A stretch of 46,916 bases of DNA from Octopus bimaculoides. Lineage: Eukaryota. Under the pieces are notes generated by a model. That model saw nothing but the letters and a program-made list of their open reading frames with translations, was not told the DNA's origin and did not search any database. Shown in pieces: positions 1 to 13,074 of this stretch. The stretch lies in contig NC_068993.1 in the NCBI RefSeq assembly GCF_001194135.2, positions 61,279,982 to 61,326,897 of the forward strand. The letters run 5' to 3'. Within the stretch, counting starts at the first letter, position 1; the number at the start of each line of letters is the position of its first letter. The translations under genes were made by a program, and so were the position numbers.

Positions 1-31
<31 letters not shown>

Positions 32-65
32 ATATATGTGTGCATATATGCGTATATATATATAT

Positions 66-473
66 CGTTCTGTATACTTAACGTGGATATACAGTAGAAA
101 ACCCAAAAACTGCAGTATTCACGTCGAGGAAGCATCTTGTATAGATGTATAGTGCTAAAAAGCACGGAACTGTATCAGTAGCAGACGAAAAGCCTCTAGC
201 ATCGGCAGTGGAATTGGTAAATTTAGATTTCTGTGTCTTTGCATGTCAAATGTAGCAAGTATCCATTATCAACTACATACTGATGACGCACAAAAATGCA
301 GAAATCTAAAGTTAGCATTTCCACTATCGCTGCTGGACGCCTTCCGTCCGCTACTGATACACTTCCGAGCTTTATTTAGCACTATACGTCTACAGTGAAG
401 GCTTTCTTAAGGCAAACACTTCAGTTTCAAGGCTTTCTACAGTATGCTCGCGTTGAGGAAGATATACAGAATG
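66..473. mobile_element. Foldback/palindromic element (MITE-like), about 400 bp
   Basis: The left arm (about 66-255) aligns by eye with the reverse complement of the right arm (about 272-473), e.g. GTATAGTGCTAA...TGTATCAGTAGC...TTTAGATTTCTG. Confidence 0.75.
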
Positions 474-645
474 CTATTCTGAACTAATACTGTTTCCGTC
501 GCTAGTAATGGCTGTAAACACACACACACACACACACACACATACACATATATAGACATAGATTTCATATATCATTCAATTACGGTAGCAGTTGAATAAT
601 ATTCTTAACGTAGCTTTTTTGTCGCAGTCGGCGTCTTCCATACAT

Positions 646-725
<80 letters not shown>

Positions 726-861
726 GTATATATTCACACATTTGTTTCCGTATAATTGTTTTATAAATGCTTTCATGTCATTAACCATCGCCTGTCTGTC
801 TTGTATGCTATTGTACTTCTATTAGCTCGACTCGTATATAGCCTATAGCAGACTTTTGTAT

Positions 862-915
<54 letters not shown>

Positions 916-944
916 ATGCATGCCTACATACATACATACACACG

Positions 945-1548
945 TGCACACACTCACATGATTGGTGAAAGTAAAGGTAACACCTATTTTTTGTAAATAC
1001 TGTTATTGTTAATACGTAGCTGGTCCTGTTTTCGCGGTAAGAAGTCCTTCAATTCGTTGATCAATCGATTCTTCTAACCTTTGAACTGTATCTAGGGGAA
1101 TCTTAGGCTATTCTTCCGTCAACATACTCTCCAACTCCTTGAATGACGATGGCGGTGGAGACCCGCTGCTGATTCGTCGTTGCAGCAAAGATGACTCATT
1201 CTTATTGAAACCTGGCAACAAAATGTTTGATGTTTGCATTATCTTTAGAAAATCAGTTTTTAACCATTTTAGCTGTGTATTGACGCAGCATCATTCTTGG
1301 GAAGTACTTCACCTTTGGGGAATATTGTTTATATAACAGGATGCACTTGGTCTGGCAAGATTGACAAATATTCATTGGAAGTGATTCTCTCATGCAGTGT
1401 AACTACAGAGAAAAGTGCCAAGACACTGCTGACCAAATCATCGCATCTCCACCGCCATGCTTCACCGTCGGAATCAAATACTCAGAATCAAAGATTTCTT
1501 ACGATGTTCCCAATACATAAACCAAACCGGAAAATGGAAATTCTGTGA
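945..1548 (-). mobile_element. Tc1-family transposase remnant, C-terminal half
   Basis: Minus-strand translation gives IPTVKHGGGDAMIWSA...ITSNEYLSILPDQVHP...IPLDTVQRLEESI...GPATY*, with stops and frameshifts. Confidence 0.85.
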
Positions 1549-2129
1549 ATAGGAATTCTCTAAAATACATAACCTTTATATGAAATATTGATTTCAAATT
1601 TTGGAACAAGGCCAGCAATTTCTGTGGAGCGGGCTAAGTCAATTACATCGACCTCAGTGCTTAACAACAAATCCGGTAACTACACAGAATTGGGGCTACT
1701 AATTTGCATATTATTTAGCACCTTATTTAATACGAGGGACCGGTCAACGAGGATCTTAGTCCACACGGTATCGAGGTATGGTATTATAAGAGTATGTAAC
1801 CTACGCTGTAAACTTATAAACAGGGCAAATTTAAGCATTTCTGTGTTGATTGGAAACAATAATGAACAACTTTGATCAATTTTCGAACGTTATTCGATTC
1901 TCATCGGAGAGTTGCTACATCACTTGATCAATACTAGAGAAATAAACAGCCAATTCGTTTATATATACAGTAAATCCAGTCGCTGCAGGACACAGGGGCA
2001 ACCAATTTGTATGCTATAAATGTTTAAGATCTCAACGGATATCTCAGTCGATACAGCAACCTGCCAACGGAGATCTGAGTCCACACAACATCAAAATACG
2101 ATATTATAATATATGTAACCAAGGCGGCT

Positions 2130-2464
2130 GTGGAGGCGCAATGGCCCAGTGGTTACGGAAGTGGACTCGCGGTCGTAGGATCGCAGTTTCGATTCCCAGA
2201 CCGGGCGTTGTGAGTGTTTATTGAGCGAAAACACCTAAAGTTCCAGGAGGCTCTGGCAGGTGATGGTGGCGGACCCTGTTGTACTCTTTCATCACAACTT
2301 TCTCTCACTCTTACTTCCTGTTTCTGTTGTGCCTGTAATTCAAAGGGGCCAGCCTTGTCACACTGTGTCATGCTGAATATCCCCGAGAACTACGTTAAGG
2401 GTACACGTGTCTGTGGAGTGCTCAGCCACTTGCACGTTAATTTCACGAGCAGGTTTTTCCGTTG
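2130..2464 (+). mobile_element. tRNA-headed SINE (family shared with 44560-45030)
   Basis: A-box TGGCCCAGTGG, B-box-like GTTTCGATTCC, and body CCTGTAATTCAAAGGGGCC...GAGAACTACGTTAAGGGTAC. Truncated by a gap. Confidence 0.8.
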
Positions 2465-3131
2465 NNNNNNNNNNNNNNNNNNNNNNNNNNNNNNNNNNNN
2501 NNNNNNNNNNNNNNNNNNNNNNNNNNNNNNNNNNNNNNNNNNNNNNNNNNNNNNNNNNNNNNNNNNNNNNNNNNNNNNNNNNNNNNNNNNNNNNNNNNNN
2601 NNNNNNNNNNNNNNNNNNNNNNNNNNNNNNNNNNNNNNNNNNNNNNNNNNNNNNNNNNNNNNNNNNNNNNNNNNNNNNNNNNNNNNNNNNNNNNNNNNNN
2701 NNNNNNNNNNNNNNNNNNNNNNNNNNNNNNNNNNNNNNNNNNNNNNNNNNNNNNNNNNNNNNNNNNNNNNNNNNNNNNNNNNNNNNNNNNNNNNNNNNNN
2801 NNNNNNNNNNNNNNNNNNNNNNNNNNNNNNNNNNNNNNNNNNNNNNNNNNNNNNNNNNNNNNNNNNNNNNNNNNNNNNNNNNNNNNNNNNNNNNNNNNNN
2901 NNNNNNNNNNNNNNNNNNNNNNNNNNNNNNNNNNNNNNNNNNNNNNNNNNNNNNNNNNNNNNNNNNNNNNNNNNNNNNNNNNNNNNNNNNNNNNNNNNNN
3001 NNNNNNNNNNNNNNNNNNNNNNNNNNNNNNNNNNNNNNNNNNNNNNNNNNNNNNNNNNNNNNNNNNNNNNNNNNNNNNNNNNNNNNNNNNNNNNNNNNNN
3101 NNNNNNNNNNNNNNNNNNNNNNNNNNNNNNN

Positions 3132-3320
3132 NGGGAGGGAGTTAATGTGTATGTGGATGAATGTATGAGTGTGTATGTGGATGAATGTATGAGTGTGTGT
3201 GTGTATGAGCGTATGTAAGTGTGTGTATGTGTGCGTGTATGCGAGGTAGATAAAATAGTGAGGCATATCAACAATGATAGACAGACAGACCGACAGGTAG
3301 AGAATGATAGGTAGGTAGAT

Positions 3321-3353
<33 letters not shown>

Positions 3354-4347
3354 GAGAAGAAAAGAAGGAAAATGAAAAAATGTCTTCTATGCATGCTTAT
3401 GGGAGGATGTGAAACAGAGGGAAGGTGGGGACATACATTTATGTGTGTGTGTGTATGCATGTATGCGAGTGTATATATATATATATATATANNNNNNNNN
3501 NNNNNNNNNNNNNNNNNNNNNNNNNNNNNNNNNNNNNNNNNNNNNNNNNNNNNNNNNNNNNNNNNNNNNNNNNNNNNNNNNNNNNNNNNNNNNNNNNNNN
3601 NNNNNNNNNNNNNNNNNNNNNNNNNNNNNNNNNNNNNNNNNNNNNNNNNNNNNNNNNNNNNNNNNNNNNNNNNNNNNNNNNNNNNNNNNNNNNNNNNNNN
3701 NNNNNNNNNNNNNNNNNNNNNNNNNNNNNNNNNNNNNNNNNNNNNNNNNNNNNNNNNNNNNNNNNNNNNNNNNNNNNNNNNNNNNNNNNNNNNNNNNNNN
3801 NNNNNNNNNNNNNNNNNNNNNNNNNNNNNNNNNNNNNNNNNNNNNNNNNNNNNNNNNNNNNNNNNNNNNNNNNNNNNNNNNNNNNNNNNNNNNNNNNNNN
3901 NNNNNNNNNNNNNNNNNNNNNNNNNNNNNNNNNNNNNNNNNNNNNNNNNNNNNNNNNNNNNNNNNNNNNNNNNNNNNNNNNNNNNNNNNNNNNNNNNNNN
4001 NNNNNNNNNNNNNNNNNNNNNNNNNNNNNNNNNNNNNNNNNNNNNNNNNNNNNNNNNNNNNNNNNNNNNNNNNNNNNNNNNNNNNNNNNNNNNNNNNNNN
4101 NNNNNNNNNNNNNNNNNNNNNNNNNNNNNNNNNNNNNNNNNNNNNNNNNNNNNNNNNNNNNNNNNNNNNNNNNNNNNNNNNNNNNNNNNNNNNNNNNNNN
4201 NNNNNNNNNNNNNNNNNNNNNNNNNNNNNNNNNNNNNNNNNNNNNNNNNNNNNNNNNNNNNNNNNNNNNNNNNNNNNNNNNNNNNNNNNNNNNNNNNNNN
4301 NNNNNNNNNNNNNNNNNNNNNNNNNNNNNNNNNNNNNNNNNNNNNNN

Positions 4348-4394
<47 letters not shown>

Positions 4395-4395
4395 G

Positions 4396-4432
<37 letters not shown>

Positions 4433-4790
4433 ATATACCTGTATATACCTGTATACACCTGTACTAGTGTGTATCCATATGTATTTATATATGTGCGTGT
4501 ACAGGGGCACGTATGTAAATATGCATAAGCATGTATGTGTGTGTGTGTGCGGGCGTGTGCAAGTATACATGTAGGTATAATGCATGCATATATCTATGTA
4601 TTCGTTTATATATCTGTGTAAGTATATATGTTTGTATGTATGCATGTATGTATGAATGTATGTATGTGTGTGTTTGTATATGCGTATGTGTGTGTGTGCT
4701 TGTGTGTGTATATAAATATATATACGTATGTGTATATATATAGATACATAGATATATAGATGTATGTCTATCTATCTATCTATCTATATA
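3132..4790. repeat. (TA)n/(TG)n/(GA)n low-complexity tracts between gaps
   Basis: Directly visible. Similar tracts at 1-65, 520-940, 5750-6090, 7200-7375, 9060-9170, 40400-40770 and 45040-45390. Confidence 0.95.
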
Positions 4791-5471
4791 NNNNNNNNNN
4801 NNNNNNNNNNNNNNNNNNNNNNNNNNNNNNNNNNNNNNNNNNNNNNNNNNNNNNNNNNNNNNNNNNNNNNNNNNNNNNNNNNNNNNNNNNNNNNNNNNNN
4901 NNNNNNNNNNNNNNNNNNNNNNNNNNNNNNNNNNNNNNNNNNNNNNNNNNNNNNNNNNNNNNNNNNNNNNNNNNNNNNNNNNNNNNNNNNNNNNNNNNNN
5001 NNNNNNNNNNNNNNNNNNNNNNNNNNNNNNNNNNNNNNNNNNNNNNNNNNNNNNNNNNNNNNNNNNNNNNNNNNNNNNNNNNNNNNNNNNNNNNNNNNNN
5101 NNNNNNNNNNNNNNNNNNNNNNNNNNNNNNNNNNNNNNNNNNNNNNNNNNNNNNNNNNNNNNNNNNNNNNNNNNNNNNNNNNNNNNNNNNNNNNNNNNNN
5201 NNNNNNNNNNNNNNNNNNNNNNNNNNNNNNNNNNNNNNNNNNNNNNNNNNNNNNNNNNNNNNNNNNNNNNNNNNNNNNNNNNNNNNNNNNNNNNNNNNNN
5301 NNNNNNNNNNNNNNNNNNNNNNNNNNNNNNNNNNNNNNNNNNNNNNNNNNNNNNNNNNNNNNNNNNNNNNNNNNNNNNNNNNNNNNNNNNNNNNNNNNNN
5401 NNNNNNNNNNNNNNNNNNNNNNNNNNNNNNNNNNNNNNNNNNNNNNNNNNNNNNNNNNNNNNNNNNNNNNN

Positions 5472-5648
5472 GAGAGAGAGAGAGAGAGTGAGAGGGAGTG
5501 AGTGAGTGAGTGAGTGAGTGAGTGAGTGCGTGAAGTGAGTGAGTGAGTGAGTGAGTGATGAGTGAGTGAGTGAGTGATGAGTGAGCGAGCGGGCGGGCGA
5601 GTGAGCGATTGAGTGAATGATGAGTGAGTGAGTGATGAGTGAGTGAGT
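5472..5648. repeat. (GA)n then (GTGA)n microsatellite
   Basis: Directly visible. Confidence 0.95.
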
Positions 5649-5941
5649 CCGTCAGAAATTATTTGTGTAATTGCTGAAATCGCTTGACAGATTTATGGCA
5701 TTCAGAGTTACCTCCCTTACAATGTCGTAACTACGTTAAATACAATTGCGTAATTTATGTGTTTGCATGTGGGTATGTGTGCGTATGCGTGTGTGTGTAT
5801 GTGTATGCGTGTATATGCGCATTTGTCACGAGTGTTCGTTTTATTAGATATGTTTTCACAGGTATATATGCGTTATATGTGTGTGTGCGTGTGTGTGTGT
5901 GTATACATATATATGTGTGTGTATTTATGTATAATACATAC

Positions 5942-5983
<42 letters not shown>

Positions 5984-6104
5984 TTACACTTGCATGCGGC
6001 TGTATATGTATATGTCAGAACTTCTGTGTACATGTGTTTATGCGTGCGCGCGTTTGTGTATGCGTGTGTGTGTGTGTGTGTGGTTGTGTGTAAGGAGAAG
6101 GCGT

Positions 6105-6300
6105 GTGGCCTAGTGATTAAAGTATTGCACTCATGATTACTAGATCGTGGGTTCGATTCCCTGACTGAGCGGCGCATTATGTTCTTGAGCAAAACATTAC
6201 ATTATACGTTGCTCCAGTTTCCTTTTCCATGAGGTGCGCAAAGTTGGCTCACTTAACCAGCGAGGTGGCGTCATTCATAGGCTAAAACGATGCAATCCGT
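6105..6300 (+). mobile_element. tRNA-headed SINE fragment
   Basis: A-box TGGCCTAGTGA, B-box GGTTCGATTCC, then TTCTTGAGCAAAACA...GTTGCTCCAGT as in the 44560 copy. Confidence 0.7.
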
Positions 6301-7175
6301 ATAACAACACAGTCACGGATGATTTAATACGTCGAGGGATTGATCTGTGCAGTTTTTGAACTGTTATTAGAGTTTTGGGAGAATTTTGAGTCATTCTTTG
6401 AACAAACCCTGCTTCAGCTCCTTCAGTGCCGGCGGTGGAGGGAAGCAGTTCGTTACTTGTTTCTCCAAAATACACCACAAATGCTCGATTATTTTGAGAT
6501 CCAGTGATTGTGGAGGCCAATCCAAGTAATCTACTTCGTTTTTGTGCTCTTCGTTTTAATTCTGAATAACATCTGCCATGTAAATTGGCGCATCATCGTC
6601 CTGGATGATTGCACTACCATCAGGTAACAATGGTCAACAAGAATTCCTGATATGGCTGCCCAAATGATCAAAGAGCCACGTCCATACCTCACGCAGAGAA
6701 GATGACATTATTCCGTTGAACCATTGACCATTTCTGATAGTCTTAGATACCATTACTTTCAGATTATCAATGATGGTGAGGGAAAGGTTTAGCAGTTGCA
6801 GCTCTCTCCCATGCAATCCATGGAATAAACGACGAACTGTTTTGGTTCACGAACGGTTGGCAAGATGGCGGTTTGCCTCTGCTGTCACCTTTGTTGCCGT
6901 AGTTCGATGATTTTAAGACGTTTCTGCGGTTCCTCTCAAAGAGATGAATTATGCATGGCACAGCTAGTTTTACCTTGCTTTTGGAATACCACCATAATTT
7001 TAGAGACTTGCACTTCTTGAAACATTAAACAATTCTGGAGTTTTAGAGACTGAATCTCCAGTCATTCTCGCTTCAACAATTTGTCTTCTTTAGAAGTCAG
7101 ACAGGTCACGCATTTTCACTTTTAAAAAATATGAATATCTGCTTTAAAAAAGACAGAAAAATAGAGGGTTATCTC
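6300..7175 (-). mobile_element. Degenerate Tc1 (DD34E-type) transposon
   Basis: Minus strand has an N-terminal MRDLSDF..RQIVEARMTG (ATG at 7113) and a catalytic region IQDDDAPIY...WPPQSLDLKIIEHLW...VQKLHRSIPRRI, with many stops. Confidence 0.85.
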
Positions 7176-7235
7176 ATGAAGTACAAGCTCTAACATAAAG
7201 CATATGAACACACACACGTCCATACACACAAACAA

Positions 7236-7266
<31 letters not shown>

Positions 7267-7376
7267 TATATAGTCTGTAGAAATCACATATATATACATA
7301 CATTTATACGTACGCATGTATGTATGTATGTATGCATGCATGCATGTGTATATGTATGTATACGTGTAAGCATATA

Positions 7377-8488
7377 CGAGGATCCTGTCGAAAATAATGC
7401 GAGTGGGCATAACTTTTATAAATTGACAGATGGTTCGAGTAAATGTTGTTGTTGCGTAGCCTCGAGTCTATCCAAACCTCTATATAAGACCCAATGTCTT
7501 TTCGTTTTCATGACAATACAGTGTGATTTGAGGATATGATTTGCCTGCTATTTCTAGCAGCAAGAGCGACCACTTGGTGGATCTTTAATTTGGTTACTGT
7601 ATGAGTTGTGTCCCTTGAAACGATGAACGGACTTGAAGCTTTGCTACAGAAGAGAATCGGTTTTTTTTTTTTGGTGTCGATTATCACATTCCAAACAAAG
7701 GCTCGGTGCTATTTACAGTGTAAGCATGGCCGCTCCACCAGCAATGTGTATCAAAGAAGAACAAAGATCAGTGATCCGATTTCTCTGGTCGGAAGGTGTT
7801 AGGGTTAAGGTGCTGAAATCCATCGGAGGCTTTTAGCACAATACGTGGACAGTGCACTATCGCGTAGAAATATGCACGAGTNNNNNNNNNNNNNNNNNNN
7901 NNNNNNNNNNNNNNNNNNNNNNNNNNNNNNNNNNNNNNNNNNNNNNNNNNNNNNNNNNNNNNNNNNNNNNNNNNNNNNNNNNNNNNNNNNNNNNNNNNNN
8001 NNNNNNNNNNNNNNNNNNNNNNNNNNNNNNNNNNNNNNNNNNNNNNNNNNNNNNNNNNNNNNNNNNNNNNNNNNNNNNNNNNNNNNNNNNNNNNNNNNNN
8101 NNNNNNNNNNNNNNNNNNNNNNNNNNNNNNNNNNNNNNACTGCAGAGCACAAACGTGGGTCCTTCATTATGAGGTAGAATCCAAAAGACAGAGTACGGAG
8201 TGCTAACATCCCGGCTCGCCAGCGACGAAGAAATTCAAGACTCAGTCTTCCGCGTGAAAGGTGATGCGAACCCTTTTTAGGGACTCGGAAGGGTCTATAC
8301 TGAAAGACTACCTGGAAAAGGGGTGTACGATCAACAGTGCAAGATACAGTGCTTTGCTGGCCAACAAACTGAAACCAGCAATTCGGACCAAATGCTGAAA
8401 CCTACTGTCGAAGAAAGTTTTGTTGTTGTATGACAATGCACGCCCACACACGGCCGCCCAGAGCGTTACAACCATTAACCAATTAGCT
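7377..8488 (+). mobile_element. Mariner transposon pseudogene (interrupted by a SINE fragment and a gap)
   Basis: Starts TA-CGAGG after a TA-rich repeat. Translation contains KEEQRSVIRFLWSEG and HPGSPATKKFKTQ...DYLEKGCTINSARY...LLLYDNARPHTA, with in-frame stops. Confidence 0.9.
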
Positions 8489-8848
8489 GTTCGGGAGTGA
8501 CGGCGGTCCTGATGGTGGGCGAGCCCTCGAGGACTTTCTTGCCGGTCTGCCATGTCTCTCGGGGTCAGATGCGGAGTCTTGCGAAGGGCCAATCACGCCT
8601 GGGGAGGTGATGGAGGCTTTGGCCGACTGTAAAGCGGGTAGGTCGCCTGGATTTGATGGTCTTCCGTATGAGCAGTATAAATGTATGCCAGACTTATTCG
8701 GGCATCTACTAGCTGACGTTTACGCGAACTGGCAACAGAATGGGTTTATCCCCAGAAAGGACCCGGACAAGGGGGACGTTATAGAGAATTTCAGGCCCAT
8801 CACTCTGTTAAACGCAAAAGTGAAGATTTTGGCCGAAATTGTGTGTGT
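8489..8848 (+). mobile_element. L1/Tx1-type LINE reverse-transcriptase internal fragment
   Basis: GRSPGFDGLPYEQY...FGHLLADVYANW...KGDVIENFRPITLLNAKVKILA matches the N-terminal part of a non-LTR RT domain. Confidence 0.85.
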
Positions 8849-10129
8849 AATTAGCTTTTGGAAAACGGTGTCTGATTTTATGCCCCGTACGTTAGGTGTG
8901 CGATGAATAGAGTTGCCATATTACACAACAGACTTTAAAATGAAGGAGTGAAGGTTGTGATGTGATGGACAATGATTAACCGTTCGCATTCAAGCCTGGT
9001 CACCACCAAGAAGGCCGCCGTCCAGTAATCCAGTAGCTGAAAGAGAATGAAAGAGCAAATGAGTAGACAGACAGACAGACAGACAGATAGACAGACAGAC
9101 GGACGGACGGATGCATTCATACATATACGCATACATAGATAACAACATAACATAACATAATATCACATAACATAAAAAGAAAATATTTACATTCAAACAC
9201 AAAATTCTCCTTAAGTTGCAGCCATTTAACCTGTCGTGTCAAAAGACCATCTAGAGACTTCCCCGTTAGCTCGCCAATGACATGCTTCCCGCTTAAGGAG
9301 CAATTTTGTTAGCTTTGCGGATTAGAGAATAGTAAGTTGTGAGTGATATTCTAAATTGTAATGGGACACTTTAAACGGGAAAATGCACTTCTCTTCGTAT
9401 TAGCAGGGAGAAGTTATCTCCCTTCGACAATTTTCGGTTTTTCTCTTGAAATCTGTTTTATTCTTCGTAAAGTTGATATTTATTCTGGATGGTTGTTTCT
9501 AAAAAACCGAAGAGGCTTCAAAGTGATCATTTAAGGGAGATTTTGGCTGACAAACCCAGTGGCTGGCCACCACGAAGAGGAGTCTTCATTGGAAAAAAAA
9601 AAGTCATTTTGAAACCTGAATGTAACCCTTGTAGCATCATTTCTGTGAGAAAGAGAATGAGAACGTCTTCAAAACAAGAAGACAAACAGGTTTTCAATAA
9701 AGACAAATAATAATTTCTAGCATTGGCACGAGGTCAGATATTTTGGCGAGAGGGATACAATCGAACAAATCTACCCCAGTAGTTGACTGGTACTTTATTT
9801 TATCGTCCCTGGGAGGAATGAAAAGTAAAGTTTGAACTTTGATCATTAAAAGTTCAGAATAAATATCACGAAGCAGTTTTGCCCAACATCCTGACAATAT
9901 TTTACCAATTCCCTGTCAGTATTGAACAGGTAAAATAAAGAAAACCTCAACATGTCTTGATAGACATAGCGTCTCCCTTTTAAAGCAGAAACTATCACTT
10001 CTAGTTTGGACATTGAAGCATTTCAGAAAATGTTATGTCTGTACGTGTTAATACTTTATGGAGCATGCCTTAATAGATTATAGGATATGTCATGTAGAAA
10101 TTATTGTTTCGTATCTATCCATTCAACCA

Positions 10130-10610
10130 TCTTCTCTGCCTGCTATTCCTTAGAGGGTTTGAGGCGTGGGGTAAAGTCCTCAGGCATCTCGTCCTTAAGG
10201 TCCTATCAGAAGCAGTGGTCACTAAACTTTCTGGCTGGATTCTCAAGCGTGATTAATTGAGGCTATGAATATTATCCAACCATCTTGTTCTTGATCAACT
10301 CTTGGTTCTGCTGTCGGTCGGCGTAGCTTGAAGAATCTGTCTTGCGATACTTTCCTGTATGACAATAAAACCTGGCTATGAACCGCAGCAGATATGGATC
10401 TCGGCTCTCTCGTCCTATCCTCGGCATTTATCACCATTTATCATTGGTGATCTACATGCCAAAACAATGCTTTGAACAAATAACGATATTGATGCCATTG
10501 CTATTTGGCTGCAGCATGTCTCGCTGGACTTGATAGGATGGACAGCGTTTTCACAATGGAAAGCAATTTGTTCCTGCATCAACAAATTGTACTCCTCACT
10601 TGTCTGACAG
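10130..10610 (-). mobile_element. Possible highly degenerate RTE-type LINE 3' end
   Basis: Fragmentary minus-strand motifs resembling LLSIVK and PR..RWLDNI. Weak. Confidence 0.3.
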
Positions 10611-10750
10611 AAAAAGTCTATCTAGCTACCATTTATCTGTCTTTCTATCCTCTATCTAGCTAGCTAGCTATAATCTATCGATCGAACTATCTGTCTATCA
10701 TTTATCTATCTATCTTTCTATTTATCGTTTATCTATATATTTATCATTTA

Positions 10751-10970
10751 GGCGCTGGAGTGGCTGTGTGGTAAGTAGCTTGCTTACCAACCACATGGTT
10801 CCGGGTTCATTCCCATTGCATGGCACCTTGGGCAAGTGTCTTCTTCTGTAGCCTCGGGCCGACCAAAGCCTTGTGAGTGGATTTGGTAGACGGAAAGTGA
10901 AAGAAGCCCGTTGTATATATATATATGCACATATATATATGTGTGTGTACTTGTTTGTGTGTGTGTGTTT
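10751..10970 (+). mobile_element. SINE family A, 5' part
   Basis: Head GGAGTGGCTGTGTGGTAAGTAGCTTGC...GGGTTCATTCC, nearly identical to the 13075 copy. Confidence 0.9.
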
Positions 10971-11394
10971 GTCTCAGCACGAGTAAGACATGAAATGGGA
11001 TTTGTCACAAAAGTGTATCAGCAGTTTTGCTTTGCCACATGCTAAGGGGCCTTTCAGACAGTCCATTCTTCTTGGTTAATTTCCAATCCTCATCAACCAA
11101 TGAGTGATAGTTTGGCATGCAGCTGTCTTTGAGAATTTTCTCTTACTCATTTTCGCCATCTCTTTGTTGCATAGTAAATGTTATTTTGGATTTTGCTAAT
11201 TTTCTAAAAGCTAATATTTGTAACAGATCCCCAGTCAGAATTACAACCTATTACCTGCATGTGTAACATTAACTTGCAAAGATTGAGGCCATGCAAGCCA
11301 GGTAAAAAAAAAAAAAATTAAAAAAAGTTAACCAATCCATGTGTAATGTTTTATCTGGTCTTTTATTTTAATTTTTTTATTATTGTTTTTTTTT

Positions 11395-11692
11395 TGTCAT
11401 TGCACGGCAACCATACTGCAAGATCATCGTGAAGGGTTTAGTTGAACAAATCAACCCCGCACTTATTTTATCAGCCATTTTTGCCTACTGAATTACACAA
11501 AGACAAACAAACCAATGCCAGTCATGAAGCAATGATGGCGGACAAATATATATGATGAGCTTCTTTCAGTTTCTGTCTACAAAATCTACTCACAAAGCCT
11601 TGGTCAGCCTAGGGCTACAGAAGAAGACACTTTGCCATGGTGCCATGCAGTGGGACTGAACCTGAAACCACATTGTTCTTACTTACACAGCC
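11395..11692 (-). mobile_element. SINE family A, diverged reverse copy
   Basis: CTTCTTTCAGTTTCTGTCTAC...GTGCCATGCAGTGGGACTGAACC is the reverse complement of the family A body. Confidence 0.8.
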
Positions 11693-12148
11693 AAGCCTAG
11701 ATGGGAGGTGTGGTACAGAGAAAGATAGGAGGCCAAGCATGAAGTTAAGGTTTCATAGCATGAAACCTAAGTGTGGCAGATTCAGGTGTGGAAATATCAT
11801 TCCCATCAGATACAAAATATACTGAACCCGTTGCAAGGGAAAATAATCCAATTTACTGCAGCAAAAATAGTTTTCAGCAACACTGACCAATGGATAAAAC
11901 ATTCGTTCCTTTGAAAGTTCTTGAGTTTTTTGTTACCAATTCTAAAGATTATCAACTTTAATTTTGCTTATACAGCACACACCTTTATATATGCTGTAGC
12001 TACTTGTACACTTAAGGACCGCAATTACACCTTACAGTTTTGATAGCCTAAAAACTAAACCCATTCCTGGCTATATTTGAAGCCCCGATTCCAAGTAAAT
12101 CCGCTTTACAGTATCCATTCCATTTATCCATTTCAAAAGTAAAACAAC

Positions 12149-12154
12149 TTTATT
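12149..12154 (-). terminator. Candidate polyadenylation signal (possible distal SUMO 3' end)
   Basis: AATAAA on the minus strand followed by GTTGTTTTACTTTTG, in unique non-repeat sequence. Other AATAAA hexamers exist (e.g. 14256-14261), so the assignment is weak. Confidence 0.25.
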
Positions 12155-13074
12155 AAAACGATGACATTGTTAATAAGTTTGATTTCAGTATAAATTACAA
12201 TGCACTGCATAAGAGCCTACAGTTCATTAGAAGACAATGTAAAATCTATTTCACACACTACTCTTCCACAGCTTTCTTGTGATATTAAACAAGTCTTACA
12301 GCAGATCTTAAATCAGCCAGCACACCTCTCTCTCCGCTTCCCTGACAGTTTTCTATCCTGTTGGTAACTTCTGTCTTGGCCTGCCTCAAACTTTTCGGGA
12401 AAGTAATCGCCATAACTGCACAGCAGCAATGGACCTTCAATCTTTAGCATTCACATTATTCTGCCAAATATAATACTTTTTTCATTCAAATCGTTTTAAA
12501 ATCATTAATGCATTATTTTGTAGCTTCAAAATTTATACGTGATTGTATATCTTATAATGGCATTGAAGGATAGATAGGTGTGATGGGCAGCATCTGGCAG
12601 ATTAGAACATAAAACAGGAAGCATATTTGGGTGTGATATACCCAGTTTAAATGCTAGAGAGCTAATATTCAAAGCAAGCCTAATTGACTCAGTGCTGTCT
12701 CATGTATCACGAAAATGGGGATCTTTTAGCTCTGATATAATGGAACCATACAAGATAAGAACATGTTTTTGATCCTTGCTTCACATTTTTCCATTCTCAA
12801 GCCAGAGTTTTTGCTGCATACTTAGCCTGTATCAGGTGTGGCTACATCAGCTGACTTCAGCTTACATAACAGATTAATAATTACTTTCCATGAAAATAAA
12901 TCAATTAATTTACAGATAATAGAACGAATTAGATGAGCACTCCAGAATAGAACTAGGGTTCTATAATGTAAGGTGTAACCAGTAATTCATAATTTCAATA
13001 GGTAAATAGATCAGCCTATAAATGGAAAGACAAGACCTCCAAAGGTGAAGCTGCCTATAGGACAAAAGTTAACT

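Noticed and set aside
280-320. Hammerhead-like CTGATGA-CGCA...TGCA-GAAA
   Set aside because: Stem II has a mismatched closing pair, stems I and III cannot form in register, and the other arm of the palindrome lacks the core.
2130-2205. tRNA gene (also 6105, 10751, 13075, 43713)
   Set aside because: A/B boxes are present but there is no complete cloverleaf or T-run terminator, and each continues into a repeat body.
2214-5501. Long ORFs of 230-750 aa, and similar ones at 7805-8209, 16134-17109 and 39611-40071
   Set aside because: They are open only because they run through N gaps and (TA)/(TG) repeats.
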